64,000 nucleotides of DNA from the human T2T-CHM13v2.0 reference genome, Homo sapiens: the NCBI RefSeq assembly GCF_009914755.1, contig NC_060925.1; one strand, given 5' to 3'. A program made the position numbers and the translations under genes. The notes beneath the pieces are model-generated. The model was not told where the DNA came from. It saw only the letters and a program-made list of their open reading frames with translations, and ran no database searches. This document shows, one piece after another, positions 1 through 14,600 of this stretch. Within the stretch, counting starts at the first letter, position 1. Every line of letters begins with the position of its first letter.

Positions 1-1799
1 AATCACCGAATAGAATCGAATGGAACAATCATCGAATGGACTCAAATGGAATTATCCTCAAATGGAATTGAATGGAATTATCGAATGCAATCGAATGGAA
101 TTATCGAATGCAATCGAATAGAATCATCGAATGGACTCGAATGGAATCATCGAATGGAATGGAATGGAACAGTCAATGAACTCGAATGGAATCATCATTG
201 AATGGAATCGAATGGAATCATCGAGTGGAATCGAATGTAATCATCATCAAATGGAATCAAAAATAACCATCATCAAATGGAATCAAAAATAACCATCATC
301 AATTGGTATTGAATGGAATTCTCATCAAATGGAATTCAAAGGAATCATCATCAAATGGAACCGAATGGAATCCTCATTGAATGGAAATGAAAGGGGTCAT
401 CATCTAATGGAATCGCATGGAATCATCATAAAATGGAAACGAATGGAATCAACATCAAATGGAATCAAATGGAATCATTGAACGGAATTGAATGGAATCG
501 TCATCGAATGAATTGAATGCAATCATCGAATGGTCTCGAATGGAATCATCTTCAAATGGAATGGAATGGAATCATCGCATAGAATCGAATGAAATTATCA
601 TCGAATGGAATCGAATGGAATCAACACCAAACGGAAAAAAACGGAATTATCGAATGGAATCGAAGAGAATCATCGAATGGACCCGAATGGAATCATGTAA
701 TGGAATGGAATGGAATAATCCATGGACTCGAATGCAATCATCATCGCATGGAATCGAATGGAATCATCGAATGGACTCGAATGGAATAATCATTGAACGG
801 AATCGAATGGAATCATCATCGGATGGAAACGAATGGAATCATCATCGAATGGAATCGAATAGAATTATGGAATGAAATCCAGTGTGATCATCATCGAATG
901 GACCCGAATGGAATCATCATCCAACGGAAGCTAATGGAATCAACATCGAATGAATCAAATGGAAACACCATCGAATTGAAACGAATGGAATTACCATGAA
1001 ATTGAAATGGATGGACTCATCATCAAATGGATTCGAATGGAATCATCGAATAAAATTGATTGAAATCATCATCGAATGGAATCGAATGGTATCATTGAAT
1101 GGAATCGAATGGAATCATCATCAGATGGAAATGAATGGAATCGTCATAGAATGGAATCGAATGGATTCATTGAATGGAATCAGATGGAATCATTGAATGG
1201 ACTGGAATGGAATCATTGAATGGACTCGAAAGGGATCATTATTGAATGGAATTGAATGGAATCATCGAATGGTCTCGATTGGAATCATTATCAAATGGAA
1301 TCGAATGGAATCACCGAATAGAATCGAATGGAACAATCATCGAATGGACTCAAATGGAATTATCCTCCAATGGAATCGAATGGAATTATCGAATGCAATC
1401 GAATGGAATTATCGAATGCAATCGAATAGAATCATCGAATGGACTCGAATGGAATCATCGAATGGAATGGAATGGAACAGTCAATGAACTCGAATGGAAT
1501 CATCACTGAATGGAATCGAATGGAATCATCGAGTGGAATCGAATGGAATTATGATCAAATGGAATCGAATGTAATCATCATCAAATGGAATCAAATATAA
1601 CCATCATCAATTGGTATTGAATGGAATTGTCATCAAATGGAATTCAAAGGAATCATCATCAAATGGAACCGAATGGAATCCTCATTGAATGGAAATGAAA
1701 GGGGTCATCATCTAATGGAATCGCATGGAATCATCATCAAATGGAATCGAATGGAATCATCATCAAATGGAATCTAATGGAATCATTGAAAAGAATTGA

Positions 1800-4700
1800 A
1801 TGGAATCGTCATCGAATGAATTGAATGCAATCATCGAATGGTCTCGAATGGAATCATCTTCTAATGGAAAGGAATGGAATCATCGCATAGAATCGAATGG
1901 AATTATCATCGAATGGAATCAAATGGTATCAACACCAAAGGGAAAAAAACGGAATTATCGAATGGAATCGAAGAGAATCTTCGAACGGACCCGAATGGAA
2001 TCATCTAATGGAATGGAATGGAATAATCCATGGACTCGAATGCAATCATCATCGAATGGAATCGAATGGAATCATCGAATGGACTCGAATGGAATAATCA
2101 TTGAACGGAATCGAATGGAATCATCATCGGATGGAAACGAATGGAATCATCATCGAATGGAAATGAAAGGAGTCATCATCTAATGGAATTGCATGGAATC
2201 ATCATAAAATGGAATCGAATGGAATCAACATCAAATGGAATCAAATGGAATCATTGAACGGAATTGAATGGAATCGTCATCGAATGAATTGAATGCAATC
2301 ATCGAATGGTCTCGAATGGAATCATCTTCAAATGGAATGGAATGGAATCATCGCATAGAATCGAATGGAATTATCATCGAATGGAATCGAATGGAATCAA
2401 CATCAAACGGAAAAAAACGGAATTATCGAATGCAATCGAAGAGAATCATCGAATGGACCCGAAAGGAATCATCTAATGGAATGGCATGGAATAATCCATG
2501 GACTCGAATGCAATCATCATCGAATGGAATCGTATGGAATCATCGAATGGACTCGAATGGAATAATCATTGAACGGAGTCGAATGGAATCATCATCGGAT
2601 GGAAATGAAAGGAGTCATCATCTAATGGAATTGCATGGAATCATCATAAAATGGAATCGAATGGAATCAACATCAAATGGAATCAAATGGAATCATTGAA
2701 CGGAATTGAATGGAATCGTCATCGAATGAATTGAATGCAATCATCGAATGGTCTCGAATGCAATCATCTTCAAATGGAATGGAATGGAATCATCGCATAG
2801 AATCGAATGGAATTATCATCGAATGGAATCGAATGGAATCAACATCAAACGGAAAAAAACGGAATTATCGAATGGAATCGAAGAGAATCATCGAATGGAC
2901 CCGAATGGAATCATCTAATGGAATGGAATGGAATAATCCATGGACTCGAATGCAATCATCATCGAATGGAATCGAATGGAATCATCGAATGGACTCGAAT
3001 GGAATAATCATTGAACGGAATAGAATGGAATCATCATCGGATGGAAATGAATGGAATCGTCATAAAATGGAATCGAATAGAATTATGGAATGAAATCCAG
3101 TGTGATCATCATCGAATGGACCCGAATGGAATCATCATCCAATGGAAGCTAATGGAATCAACATCGAATGAATCAAATGGAAACACCATCGAATTGAAAC
3201 GAATGGAATTACCATGAAATTGAAATGGATGGACTCATCATCAAATGGATTCGAATGGAATCATCGAATAAAATTGATTGAAATCATCATCGAATGGAAT
3301 CGAATGGTATCATTGAATGGAATCGAATGGAATCATCATCAGATGGAAATGAATGGAATCGTCATAGAATGGAATCGAATGGATTCATTGAATGGAATCA
3401 GATGGAATCATCGAATGGACTGGAATGGAATCATTGAATGGACTCGAAAGGGATCATTATTGAATGGAATTGAATGGAATCATCGAATGGTCTCGATTGG
3501 AATCATTATCAAATGGAATCGAATGGAATCACCGAATAGAATCGAATGGAACAATCATCGAATGGACTCAAATGGAATTATCCTCAAATGGAATGGAATG
3601 GAATTATCGAATGCAATCGAATGGAATTATCGAATGCAATCGAATAGAATCATCGAATGGACTCGAATGGAATCATCGAATGGAATGGAATAGAACAGTC
3701 AATGAACTCGAATGGAATCATCATTGAATGGAATCGAATGGAATCATCGAGTGGAATCGAATGGAATTATGATCAAATGGAATCGAATGTAATCATCATC
3801 AAATGGAATCAAAAATAACCATCATCAATTGGTATTGAATGGAATTGTCATCAAATGGAATTCAAAGGAATCATCATCAAATGGAACCGAATGGAATCCT
3901 CATTGAATGGAAATGAAAGGGGTCATCATCTAATGGAATCGCATGGAATCATCATAAAATGGAATCGAATGGAATCATCATCAAATTGAATCTAATGGAA
4001 TCATTGAAAAGAATTGAATGGAATCATCATCGAATGAATTGAATGCAATCATCGATTGGTCTCGAATGGAATCATCTTCTAATGGAAAGGAATGGAATCA
4101 TCGCATAGAATCGAATGGAATTATCATCGAATGGAATCGAATGGTATCAACACCAAACGGAAAAAAACGGAATTATCGAATGGAATCGAAGAGAATCTTC
4201 GAACGGACCCGAATGGAATCATCTAATGGAGTGGAATGGAATAATCCATGGACTCGAATGCAATCATCATCGAATGGAATCGAATGGAATCATCGAATGG
4301 ACTCGAATGGAATAATCATTGAACGGAATCGAATGGAATCCTCATCGGATGGAAACGAATGGAATCATCATTGAATGGAAATGAAAGGAGTCATCATCTA
4401 ATGGAATTGCATGGAATCATCATAAAAAGGAATCGAATGGAATCAACATCAAATGGAATCAAATGGAATCATTGAACGGAATTGAATGGAATCGTCATCG
4501 AATGAATTGAATGCAATCATCGAATGGTCTCGAATGGAATCATCTTCAAATGGAATGGAATGGAATCATCGCATAGAATCGAATGGAATTATCATCGAAT
4601 GGAATCGAATGGAATCAACATCAAACGGAAAAAAACGGAATTATCGAATGGAATCGAAGAGAATCATCGAATGGACCCGAAAGGAATCATCTAATGGAAT

Positions 4701-6234
4701 GGCATGGAATAATCCATGGACTCGAATGCAATCATCATCGAATGGAATCGAATGGAATCATCGAATGGACTCGAATGGAATAATCATTGAACGGAATCGA
4801 ATGGAATCATCATCGGATGGAAATGAAAGGAGTCATCATCTAATGGAATTGCATGGAATCATCATAAAATGGAATCGAATGGAATCAACATCAAATGGAA
4901 TCAAATGGAATCATTGAACGGAATTGAATGGAATCGTCATCGAATGAATTGAATGCAATCATCGAATGGTCTCGAATGGAATCATCTTCAAATGGAAGGA
5001 ATGGAATCATCGCATAGAATCGAATGGAATTATCATCGAATGGAATCGAATGGAATCAACATCAAACGGAAAAAAACGGAATTATCGAATGGAATCGAAG
5101 AGAATCATCGAATGGACCCGAATGGAATCATCTAATGGAATGCAATGGAATAATCCATGGACTCGAATGCAATCATCATCGAATGGAATCGAATGGAATC
5201 ATCGAATGGACTCGAATGGAATAATCATTGAACGGAATCGAATGGAATCGTCATCGGATGGAAATGAATGGAATCATCATCGAATGGAATCGAATAGAAT
5301 TATGGAATGAAATCCAGTGTGATCATCATCGAATGGACCCGAATGGAATCATCTTCCAACGGAAGCTAATGGAATCAACATCGAATGAATCGAATGGAAA
5401 CACCATCGTATTGAAACGAATGGAATTACCATGAAATTGAAATGGATGGACTCATCATCGAATGGATTCGAATGGAATCATCGAATAAAATTGATTGAAA
5501 TCATCATCGAATGGAATCGAATGGTATCATTGAATGGAATCGAATGGAATCATCCTCAGATGGAAATGAATGGAATCGTCATAGAATGGAATCGAATGAA
5601 TTCATTGAATGGAATCAGATGGAATCATCGAATGGACTGGAATGGAATCATTGAATGGACTCGAAAGGGATCATTATTGAATGGAATTGAATGGAATCAT
5701 CGAATGGTCTCGATTGGAATCATTATCAAATGGAATCGAATGGAATCACCGAATAGAATCGAATGGAACAATCATCGAATGGACTCAAATGGAATTATCC
5801 TCAAATGGAATTGAATGGAATTATCGAATGCAATCGAATGGAATTATCGAATGCAATCGAATAGAATCATCGAATGGACTCAAATGGAATCATCGAATGG
5901 AATGGAATGGAACAGTCAATGAACTCGAATGGAATCATCATTGAATGGAATCGAATGGAATCATCGAGTGGAATCGAATGGAATTATGATCAAATGGAAT
6001 CGAATGTAATCATCATCCAATGGAATCAAAAATAACCATCATCAATTGGTATTGAATGGAATTCTCATTAAATGGAATTCAAAGGAATCATCATCAAATG
6101 GAACTGAATGGAATCCTCATTGAATGGAAATGAAAGGGGTCATCATCTAATGGAATCGCATGGAATCATCATCAAATGGAATCGAATGGAATCATCTTCA
6201 AATGGAATCTGAGGGAATCATTGAACAGAATTGA
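1800..6234 (+). repeat. Two tandem 2,218/2,217-bp variant units (A1 + 442-bp chimeric module + A2 + B)
   Basis: Module starts 1800/4018 and 2268/4486 are offset 2,218. Shared private variants CCCGAAAGG (~2458/4676) and GGCATGG (~2483/4701). Confidence 0.88.
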
Positions 6235-8602
6235 ATGGAATCGTCATCGAATGAATTGAATGCAATCATCGAATGGTCTCGAATGTAATCACATTCTAAT
6301 GGAAAGGAATGGAATAATCGCATAGAATCGAATGGAATTAACATTGAATGGACTCGAATGGAATCAACATCAAACGGAATCAAGCGGAATTATCGAATGG
6401 AATCGAAGAGAATCATCGAATGGACTCGAATGGAATCATCTAATGGAATGGAATGGAATAATCCACGGACCCGAATGCAATCATCATCGTATAGAATCGA
6501 ATGGAATCATCGAATGGACTCGAATGGAATAATCACTGAACGGAATCGAATGGAATCATCATCAGATGGAAATGAATGGAATCATCATCGAATGGAATCG
6601 AATAGAATTATGGAATGAAATCCAGTGTGATCATCATCGAATGGACCCAAATGGAATCATCATCCAACGGAATCTAATGGAATCAACATCGAATGAATCG
6701 AATGGAAACACCATCGAATTGAAACGAATGGAATTATCATGAAATTGAAATGGATGGACTCATCATCGAATGGATTCGAATGGAATCATCGAATAAAATT
6801 GATTGAAATCATCATCAAATGGAATCGAATGGTATCATTGAATGGAATCGAATGGAATCATCATCAGATGGAAATGAATGGAATCGTCATAGAATGGAAT
6901 CGAATGGATTCATTGAATGGAATCAGATGGAATCATCGAATGGACTGGAATGGAATCATTGAATGGACTCGAAAGGGATCATTATTGAATGGAATTGAAT
7001 GGAATCATCGAATGGTCTCGATTGGAATCATTATCAAATGGAATCGAATGGAATCACCGAATAGAATCGAATGGAACAATCATCGAATGGACTCAAATGG
7101 AATCATCCTCAAATGGAATGGAATGGAATTATCGAATGCAATCGAATAGAATCATCGAATGGACTCGAATGGAATCATCGAATGTAATGGAATGGAACTG
7201 TCAATGAACTCGAATGGAATCATCATTGAATGGAATCGAATGGAATCATCGAGTGGAATCGAATGGAATTATGATCAAATGGAATCTAATGTAATCATCA
7301 TCAAATGGAATCAAAAATAACCATCATCAATTGGTACTGAATGGAATTGTCATCAAATGGAATTCAAAGGAATCATCATCAAATGGAACTGAATGGAATC
7401 CTCATTGAATGGAAATGAAAGGTGTCATCATCTAATGGAATCGCATGGAATCATCATCAAATGGAATCGAATGGAATCATCATCAAATGGAATCTGATGG
7501 AATCATTGAACAGAATTGAATGGAATCGTCATCGAATGAATTGAATGCAATCATCGAATGGTCTCGAATGTAATCACATTCTAATGGAAAGGAATGGAAT
7601 CATCGCATAGAATCGAATGAAATTAACATTGAATGGACTCGAATGGAATCAACATCAAACGGAATCAAGCGGAATTATCGAATGGAATCGAAGAGAATCA
7701 TCGAATGGTCTCGAATGGAATCATCTTCTAATGGAAAGGAATGGAATCATCGCATAGAATCGAATGGAATTAACATTGAATGGACTCGAATGGAATCAAC
7801 ATCAAATGGAATCAAGCGGAATTATCGAATGAAATCGAAGAGAATCATCGAATGGACTCGAATGGAATCATCTAATGGAATGGAATGGAATAATCCATGG
7901 ACCCGAATGCAATCATCATCGTATAAAATCGAATGGAATCATCGAATGGACTCGAATGGAATAACCATTGAACGGAATCGAATGGAATCATCATCGGATG
8001 GAAACGAATGGAATCATCATCGAATGGAAATGTAAGGAGTCATCATCTAATGGAATCGCATGGAATCATCATAAAATGGAATCGAATGGAATCATCATCA
8101 AATGGAATCAAATGGAATCATTGAACGGAATTGAATGGAATCGTCATCGAATGAATTGAATGCAATCATCGAATGGTCTCGAATGGAATCAACTTCAAAT
8201 GGAATGGAATGGAATCATCGCATAGAATCGAATGGAATTATCATCGAATGGAATCGAATGGTATCAACACCAAACGGAAAAAAACGGAATTATCGAATGG
8301 AATCGAAGAGAATCTTCGAACGGACCCGAATGGAATCATCTAATGGAATGGAATGGAATAATCCATGGACTCGAATGCAATCATCATCGAATGGAATCGA
8401 ATGGAATCATCGAATGGACTCGAATGGAATAATCATTGAACGGAATCGAATGGAATCATCATCGGATGGAAACGAATGGAATCATCATCGAATGGAAATG
8501 AAAGGAGTCATCATCTAATGGAATTGCATGGAATCATCATAAAATGGAATCGAATGGAATCAACATCAAATGGAATCAAATGGAATCATTGAACGGAATT
8601 GA

Positions 8603-11600
8603 ATGGAATCGTCATCGAATGAATTGACTGCAATCATCGAATGGTCTCGAATGGAATCATCTTCAAATGGAATGGAATGGAATCATCGCATAGAATCGAA
8701 TGGAATTATCATCGAATGGAATCGAATGGAATCAACATCAAACGGAAAAAAACGGAATTATCGAATGGAATCGAAGAGAATCATCGAATGGACCCGAATG
8801 GAATCATCTAATGGAATGGAATGGAATAATCCATGGACTCGAATGCAATCATCATCCAATGGAATCGAATGGAATCATCGAATGGACTCGAATGGAATAA
8901 TCATTGAACGGAATCGAATGGAATCATCATCGGATGGAAATGAATGGAATCATCATCGAATGGAATCGAATAGAATTATGGAATGAAATCCAGTGTGATC
9001 ATCATCGAATGGACCCGAATGGAATCATCATCCAACGGAAGCTAATGGAATCAACATCGAATGAATCAAATGGAAACACCATCGAATTGAAACGAATGGA
9101 ATTACCATGAAATTGAAATGGATGGACTCATCATCGAATGGATTCGAATGGAATCATCGAATAAAATTGATTGAAATCATCATCGAATGGAATCGAATGG
9201 TATCATTGAATGGAATCGAATGGAATCATCATCAGATGGAAATGAATGGAATCGTCATAGAATGGAATCGAATGGATTCATTGAATGGAATCAGATGGAA
9301 TCATCGAATGGACTGGAATGGAATCATTGAATGGACTCGAAAGGGATCATGATTGAATGGAATTGAATGGAATCATCGAATGGTCTCGATTGGAATCATT
9401 ATCAAATGGAATCGAATGGAATCACCGAATAGAATCGAATGGAACAATCATCGAATGGACTCAAATGGAACTATCCTCAAATGGAATCGAATGGAATTAT
9501 CGAATGCAATCGAATGGAATTATCGAATGCAATCGAATAGAATCATCGAATGGACTCGAATGGAATCATCGAATGGAATGGAATGGAACAGTCAATGAAC
9601 ACGAATGGAATCATCATTGAATGGAATCGAATGGAATCATCGAGTGGAATCGAATGGAATTATGATCAAATGGAATCGAATGTAATCATCATCAAATGGA
9701 ATCAAAAATAACCATCATCAATTGGTATTGAATGGAATTGTCATCAAATGGAATTCAAAGGAATCATCATCAAATGGAACCGAATGGAATCCTCATTGAA
9801 TGGAAATGAAAGGGGTCATCATATAATGGAATCGCATGGAATCATCATCAAATGGAATCTAATGGAATCATTGAACAGAATTGAATGGAATCGTCATCGA
9901 ATGAATTGAATGCAATCATCGAATGGTCTCGAATGGAATCATCTTCTAATGGAAAGGAATGGAATCATCGCATAGAATCGAATGGAATTATCATCGAATG
10001 GAATCGAATGGTATCAACACCAAACGGAAAAAAACGGAATTATCGAATGGAATCGAAGAGAATCTTCGAACGGACCCGAATGGAATCATCTAATGGAATG
10101 GAATGGAATAATCCATGGACTCGAATGCAATCATCATCGAATGGAATCGAATGGAATCATCGAATGGACTCGAATGGAATAATCATTGAACGGAATCGAA
10201 TGGAATCATCATCGGATGGAAACGAATGGAATCATCATCGAATGGAAATGAAAGGAGTCATCATCTAATGCAATTGCATGGAATCATCATCAAATGGAAT
10301 CGAATGGAATCAACATCAAATGGAATCTAATGGAATCATTGAACAGAATTGAATGGAATCGTCATCGAATGAATTGAATGCAATCATCGAATGGTCTCGA
10401 ATGGAATCATCTTCAAATGGAATGGAATGGAATCATCGCATAGAATCGAATGGAATTATCATCGAATGGAATCGAATGGAATCAACATCAAACGGAAAAA
10501 AACGGAATTATCGAATGGAATCGAAGAGAATCATCGAATGGACCCGAATGGAATCATCTAATGGAATGGAATGGAATAATCCATGGACTCGAATGCAATC
10601 ATCATCGAAGGGAATCGAATGGAATCATCGAATGGACTCGAATGGAATAATCATTGAACGGAATCGAATGGAATCATCATCGGATGGAAATGAATGGAAT
10701 CATCATCGAATGGAATCGAATAGAATTATGGAATGAAATCCAGTGTGATCATCATCGAATGGACCCGAATGGAATCATCATCCAACGGAAGCTAATGGAA
10801 TCAACATCGAATGAATCAAATGGAAACACCATCGAATTGAAACGAATGGAATTATCATGAAATTGAAACGGATGGACTCATCATCGAATGGATTCGAATG
10901 GAATCATCGAATAAAATTGATTGAAATCATCATCGAATGGAATCGAATGGTATCATTGAATGGAATCGAATGGAATCATCATCAGATGGAAATGAATGGA
11001 ATCGTCATAGAATGGAATCGAATGGATTCATTGAATGGAATCAGATGGAATCATCGAATGGACTGGAATGGAATCATTGAATGGACTCGAAAGGGATCAT
11101 GATTGAATGGAATTGAATGGAATCATCGAATGGTCTCGATTGGAATCATTATCAAATGGAATCGAATGGAATCACCGAATAGAATCGAATGGAACAATCA
11201 TCGAATGGACTCAAATGGAATTATCCTCAAATGGAATCGAATGGAATTATCAAATGCAATCGAATGGAATTATCGAATGCAATCGAATAGAATCATCGAA
11301 TGGACTCGAATGGAATCATCGAATGGAATGGAATGGAACAGTCAATGAACTCGAATGGAATCATCATTGAATGGAATCGAATGGAATCATCGAGTGGAAT
11401 CGAATGGAATTATGATCAAATGGAATCGAATGTAATCATCATCAAATGGAATCAAAAATAACCATCATCAATTGGTATTGAATGGAATTGTCATCAAATG
11501 GAATTCAAAGGAATCATCATCAAATGGAACCGAATGGAATCCTCATTGAATGGAAATGAAAGGGGTCATCATCTAATGGAATCGCATGGAATCATCATCA

Positions 11601-14600
11601 AATGGAATCGAATGGAATCATCATCAAATGGAATCTAATGGAATCATTGAACAGAATTGAATGGAATCGTCATCGAATGAATTGAATGCAATCATCGAAT
11701 GGTCTCGAATGGAATCATCTTCTAATGGAAAGGAATGGAATCATCGCATAGAATCGAATGGAATTATCATCGAATGGAATCGAATGGTATCAACACCAAA
11801 CGGAAAAAAACGGAATTATCGAATGGAATCGAAGAGAATCTTCGAACGGACCCGAATGGAATCATCTAATGGAATGGAATGGAATAATCCATGGACTCGA
11901 ATGCAATCATCATCGAATGGAATCGAATGGAATCATCGAATGGACTCGAATGGAATAATCATTGAACGGAATGGAATGGAATCATCATCGGATGGAAACG
12001 AATGGAATCATCATCGAATGGAAATGAAAGGAGTCATCATCTAATGGAATTGCATGGAATCATCATAAAATGGAATCGAATGGAATCAACATCAAATGGA
12101 ATCAAATGGAATCATTGAACGGAATTGAATGGAATCGTCATCGAATGAATTGACTGCAATCATCGAATGGTCTCGAATGGAATCATCTTCAAATGGAATG
12201 GAATGGAATCATCGCATAGAATCGAATGGAATTATCATCGAATGGAATCGAATGGAATCAACATCAAACGGAAAAAAACAGAATTATCGTATGGAATCGA
12301 AGAGAATCATCGAATGGACCCGAATGGAATCATCTAATGGAATGGAATGGAATAATCCATGGACTCGAATGCAATCATCATCGAATGGAATCGAATGGAA
12401 TCATCGAATGGACTCGAATGGAATAATCATTGAACGGAATCGAATGGAATCATCATCGGATGGAAATGAATGGAATCATCATCGAATGGAATCGAATAGA
12501 ATTATGGAATGAAATCCAGTGTGATCATCATCGAATGGACCCGAATGGAATCATCATCCAACGGAAGCTAATGGAATCAACATCGAATGAATCGAATGGA
12601 AACACCATCGAATTGAAACGAAAGGAATTATCATGAAATTGAAATGGATGGACTCATCATCGAATGGATTCGAATGGAATCATCGAATAAAATTGATTGA
12701 AATCATCATCCAATGGAATCGAATGGTATCATTGAATGGAATCGAATGGAATCATGATCAGATGGAAATGAATGGAATCGTCATAGAATGGAATCGAATG
12801 GATTCATTGAATGGAATCAGATGGAATCATCGAATGGACTGGAATGGAATCATTGAATGGACTCGAAAGGGATCATGATTGAATGGAATTGAATGGAATC
12901 ATCGAATGGTCTCGATTGGAATCATTATCAAATGGAATCGAATGGAATCACCGAATAGAATCGAATGGAACAATCATCGAATGGACTCAAATGGAATTAT
13001 CCTCAAATGGAATGGAATGGAATTATCGAATGCAATCGAATGGAATTATCGAATGCAATCGAATAGAATCATCGAATGGACTCGAATGGAATCATCGAAT
13101 GGAATGGAATGGAACAGTCAATGAACTCGAATGGAATCATCATTGAATGGAATCGAATGGAATCATCGAGTGGAATCGAATGGAATTATGATCAAATGGA
13201 ATCGAATGTAATCATCATCAAATGGAATCAAAAATAACCATCATCAATTGGTATTGAATGGAATTGTCATCAAATGGAATTCAAAGGAATCATCATCAAA
13301 TGGAACCGAATGGAATCCTCATTGAATGGAAATGAAAGGGGTCATCATCTAATGGAATCACATGGAATCATCATCAAATGGAATCGAATGGAATCATCAT
13401 CAAATGGAATCTAATGGAATCATTGAACAGAATTGAATGGAATGGTCATCGAATGAATTGAATGCAATCATCGAATGGTCTCGAATGGAATCATCTTCTA
13501 ATGGAAAGGAATGGAATCATCGCATAGAATCGAATGGAATTATCATCGAATGGAATCGAATGGTATCAACACCAAACGGAAAAAAACGGAATTATCGAAT
13601 GGAATCGAAGAGAATCTTCGAACGGACCCGAATGGAATCATCTAATGGAATGGAATGGAATAATCCATGGACTCGAATGCAATCATCATCGAATGGAATC
13701 GAATGGAATCATCGAATGGACTCGAATGGAATAATCATTGAACGGAATCGAATGGAATCATCATCGGATGGAAACGAATGGAATCATCATCGAATGGAAA
13801 TGAAAGGAGTCATCATCTAATGGAATTGCATGGAATCATCATAAAATGGAATCGAATGGAATCAACATCAAATGGTATCAAAAGGAATCATTGAACGGAA
13901 TTGAATGGAATCGTCATCGAATGAATTGACTGCAATCATCGAATGGTCTCGGAATCATCTTCAAATGGAATGGAATGGAATCATCGCATAGAATCGAATG
14001 GAATTATCATCGAATGGAATCGAATGGAATCAACATCAAACGGAAAAAAACGGAATTATCGAATGGAATCGAAGAGAATCATCGAATGGACCCGAATGGA
14101 ATCATCTAATGGAATGGAATGGAATAATCCATGGACTCGAATGCAATCATCATCGAATGGAATCGAATGGAATCATCGAATGGACTCGAATGGAATAATC
14201 ATTGAACGGAATCGAATGGAATCATCATCGGATGGAAATGAATGGAATCATCATCGAATGGAATCGAATAGAATTATGGAATGAAATCCAGTGTGATCAT
14301 CATCGAATGGACCCGAATGGAATCATCATCCAACGGAAGCTAATGGAATCAACATCGAATGAATCGAATGGAAACACCATCGAATTGAAACGAATGGAAT
14401 TATCATGAAATTGAAATGGATGGACTCATCATCGAATGGATTCGAATGGAATCATCGAATAAAATTGATTGAAATCATCATCGAATGGAATCGAATGGTA
14501 TCATTGAATGGAATCGAAAGGAATCATCATCAGATGGAAATGAATGGAATCGTCATAGAATGGAATCGAATGGATTCATTGAATGGAATCAGATGGAATC

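Noticed and set aside
1047-1056. AATAAA once per unit (CGAATAAAATTG) as a polyadenylation signal, and the A7 tract as a poly(A) remnant
   Set aside because: Both can be derived by point mutation from GAATGGAAT/GGAATCAA. There is no transcript evidence or target-site duplication in the sequence.
6198-6383. Single minus-strand ORF (61 aa)
   Set aside because: Chance loss of a stop codon in a divergent module; the DNA orientation is unchanged, so this is neither an inversion nor a gene.
7643-7790. 147-bp duplication equals the nucleosome core length
   Set aside because: Fully explained as 3 x 49-bp subrepeat; the match to 147 bp is probably coincidental.
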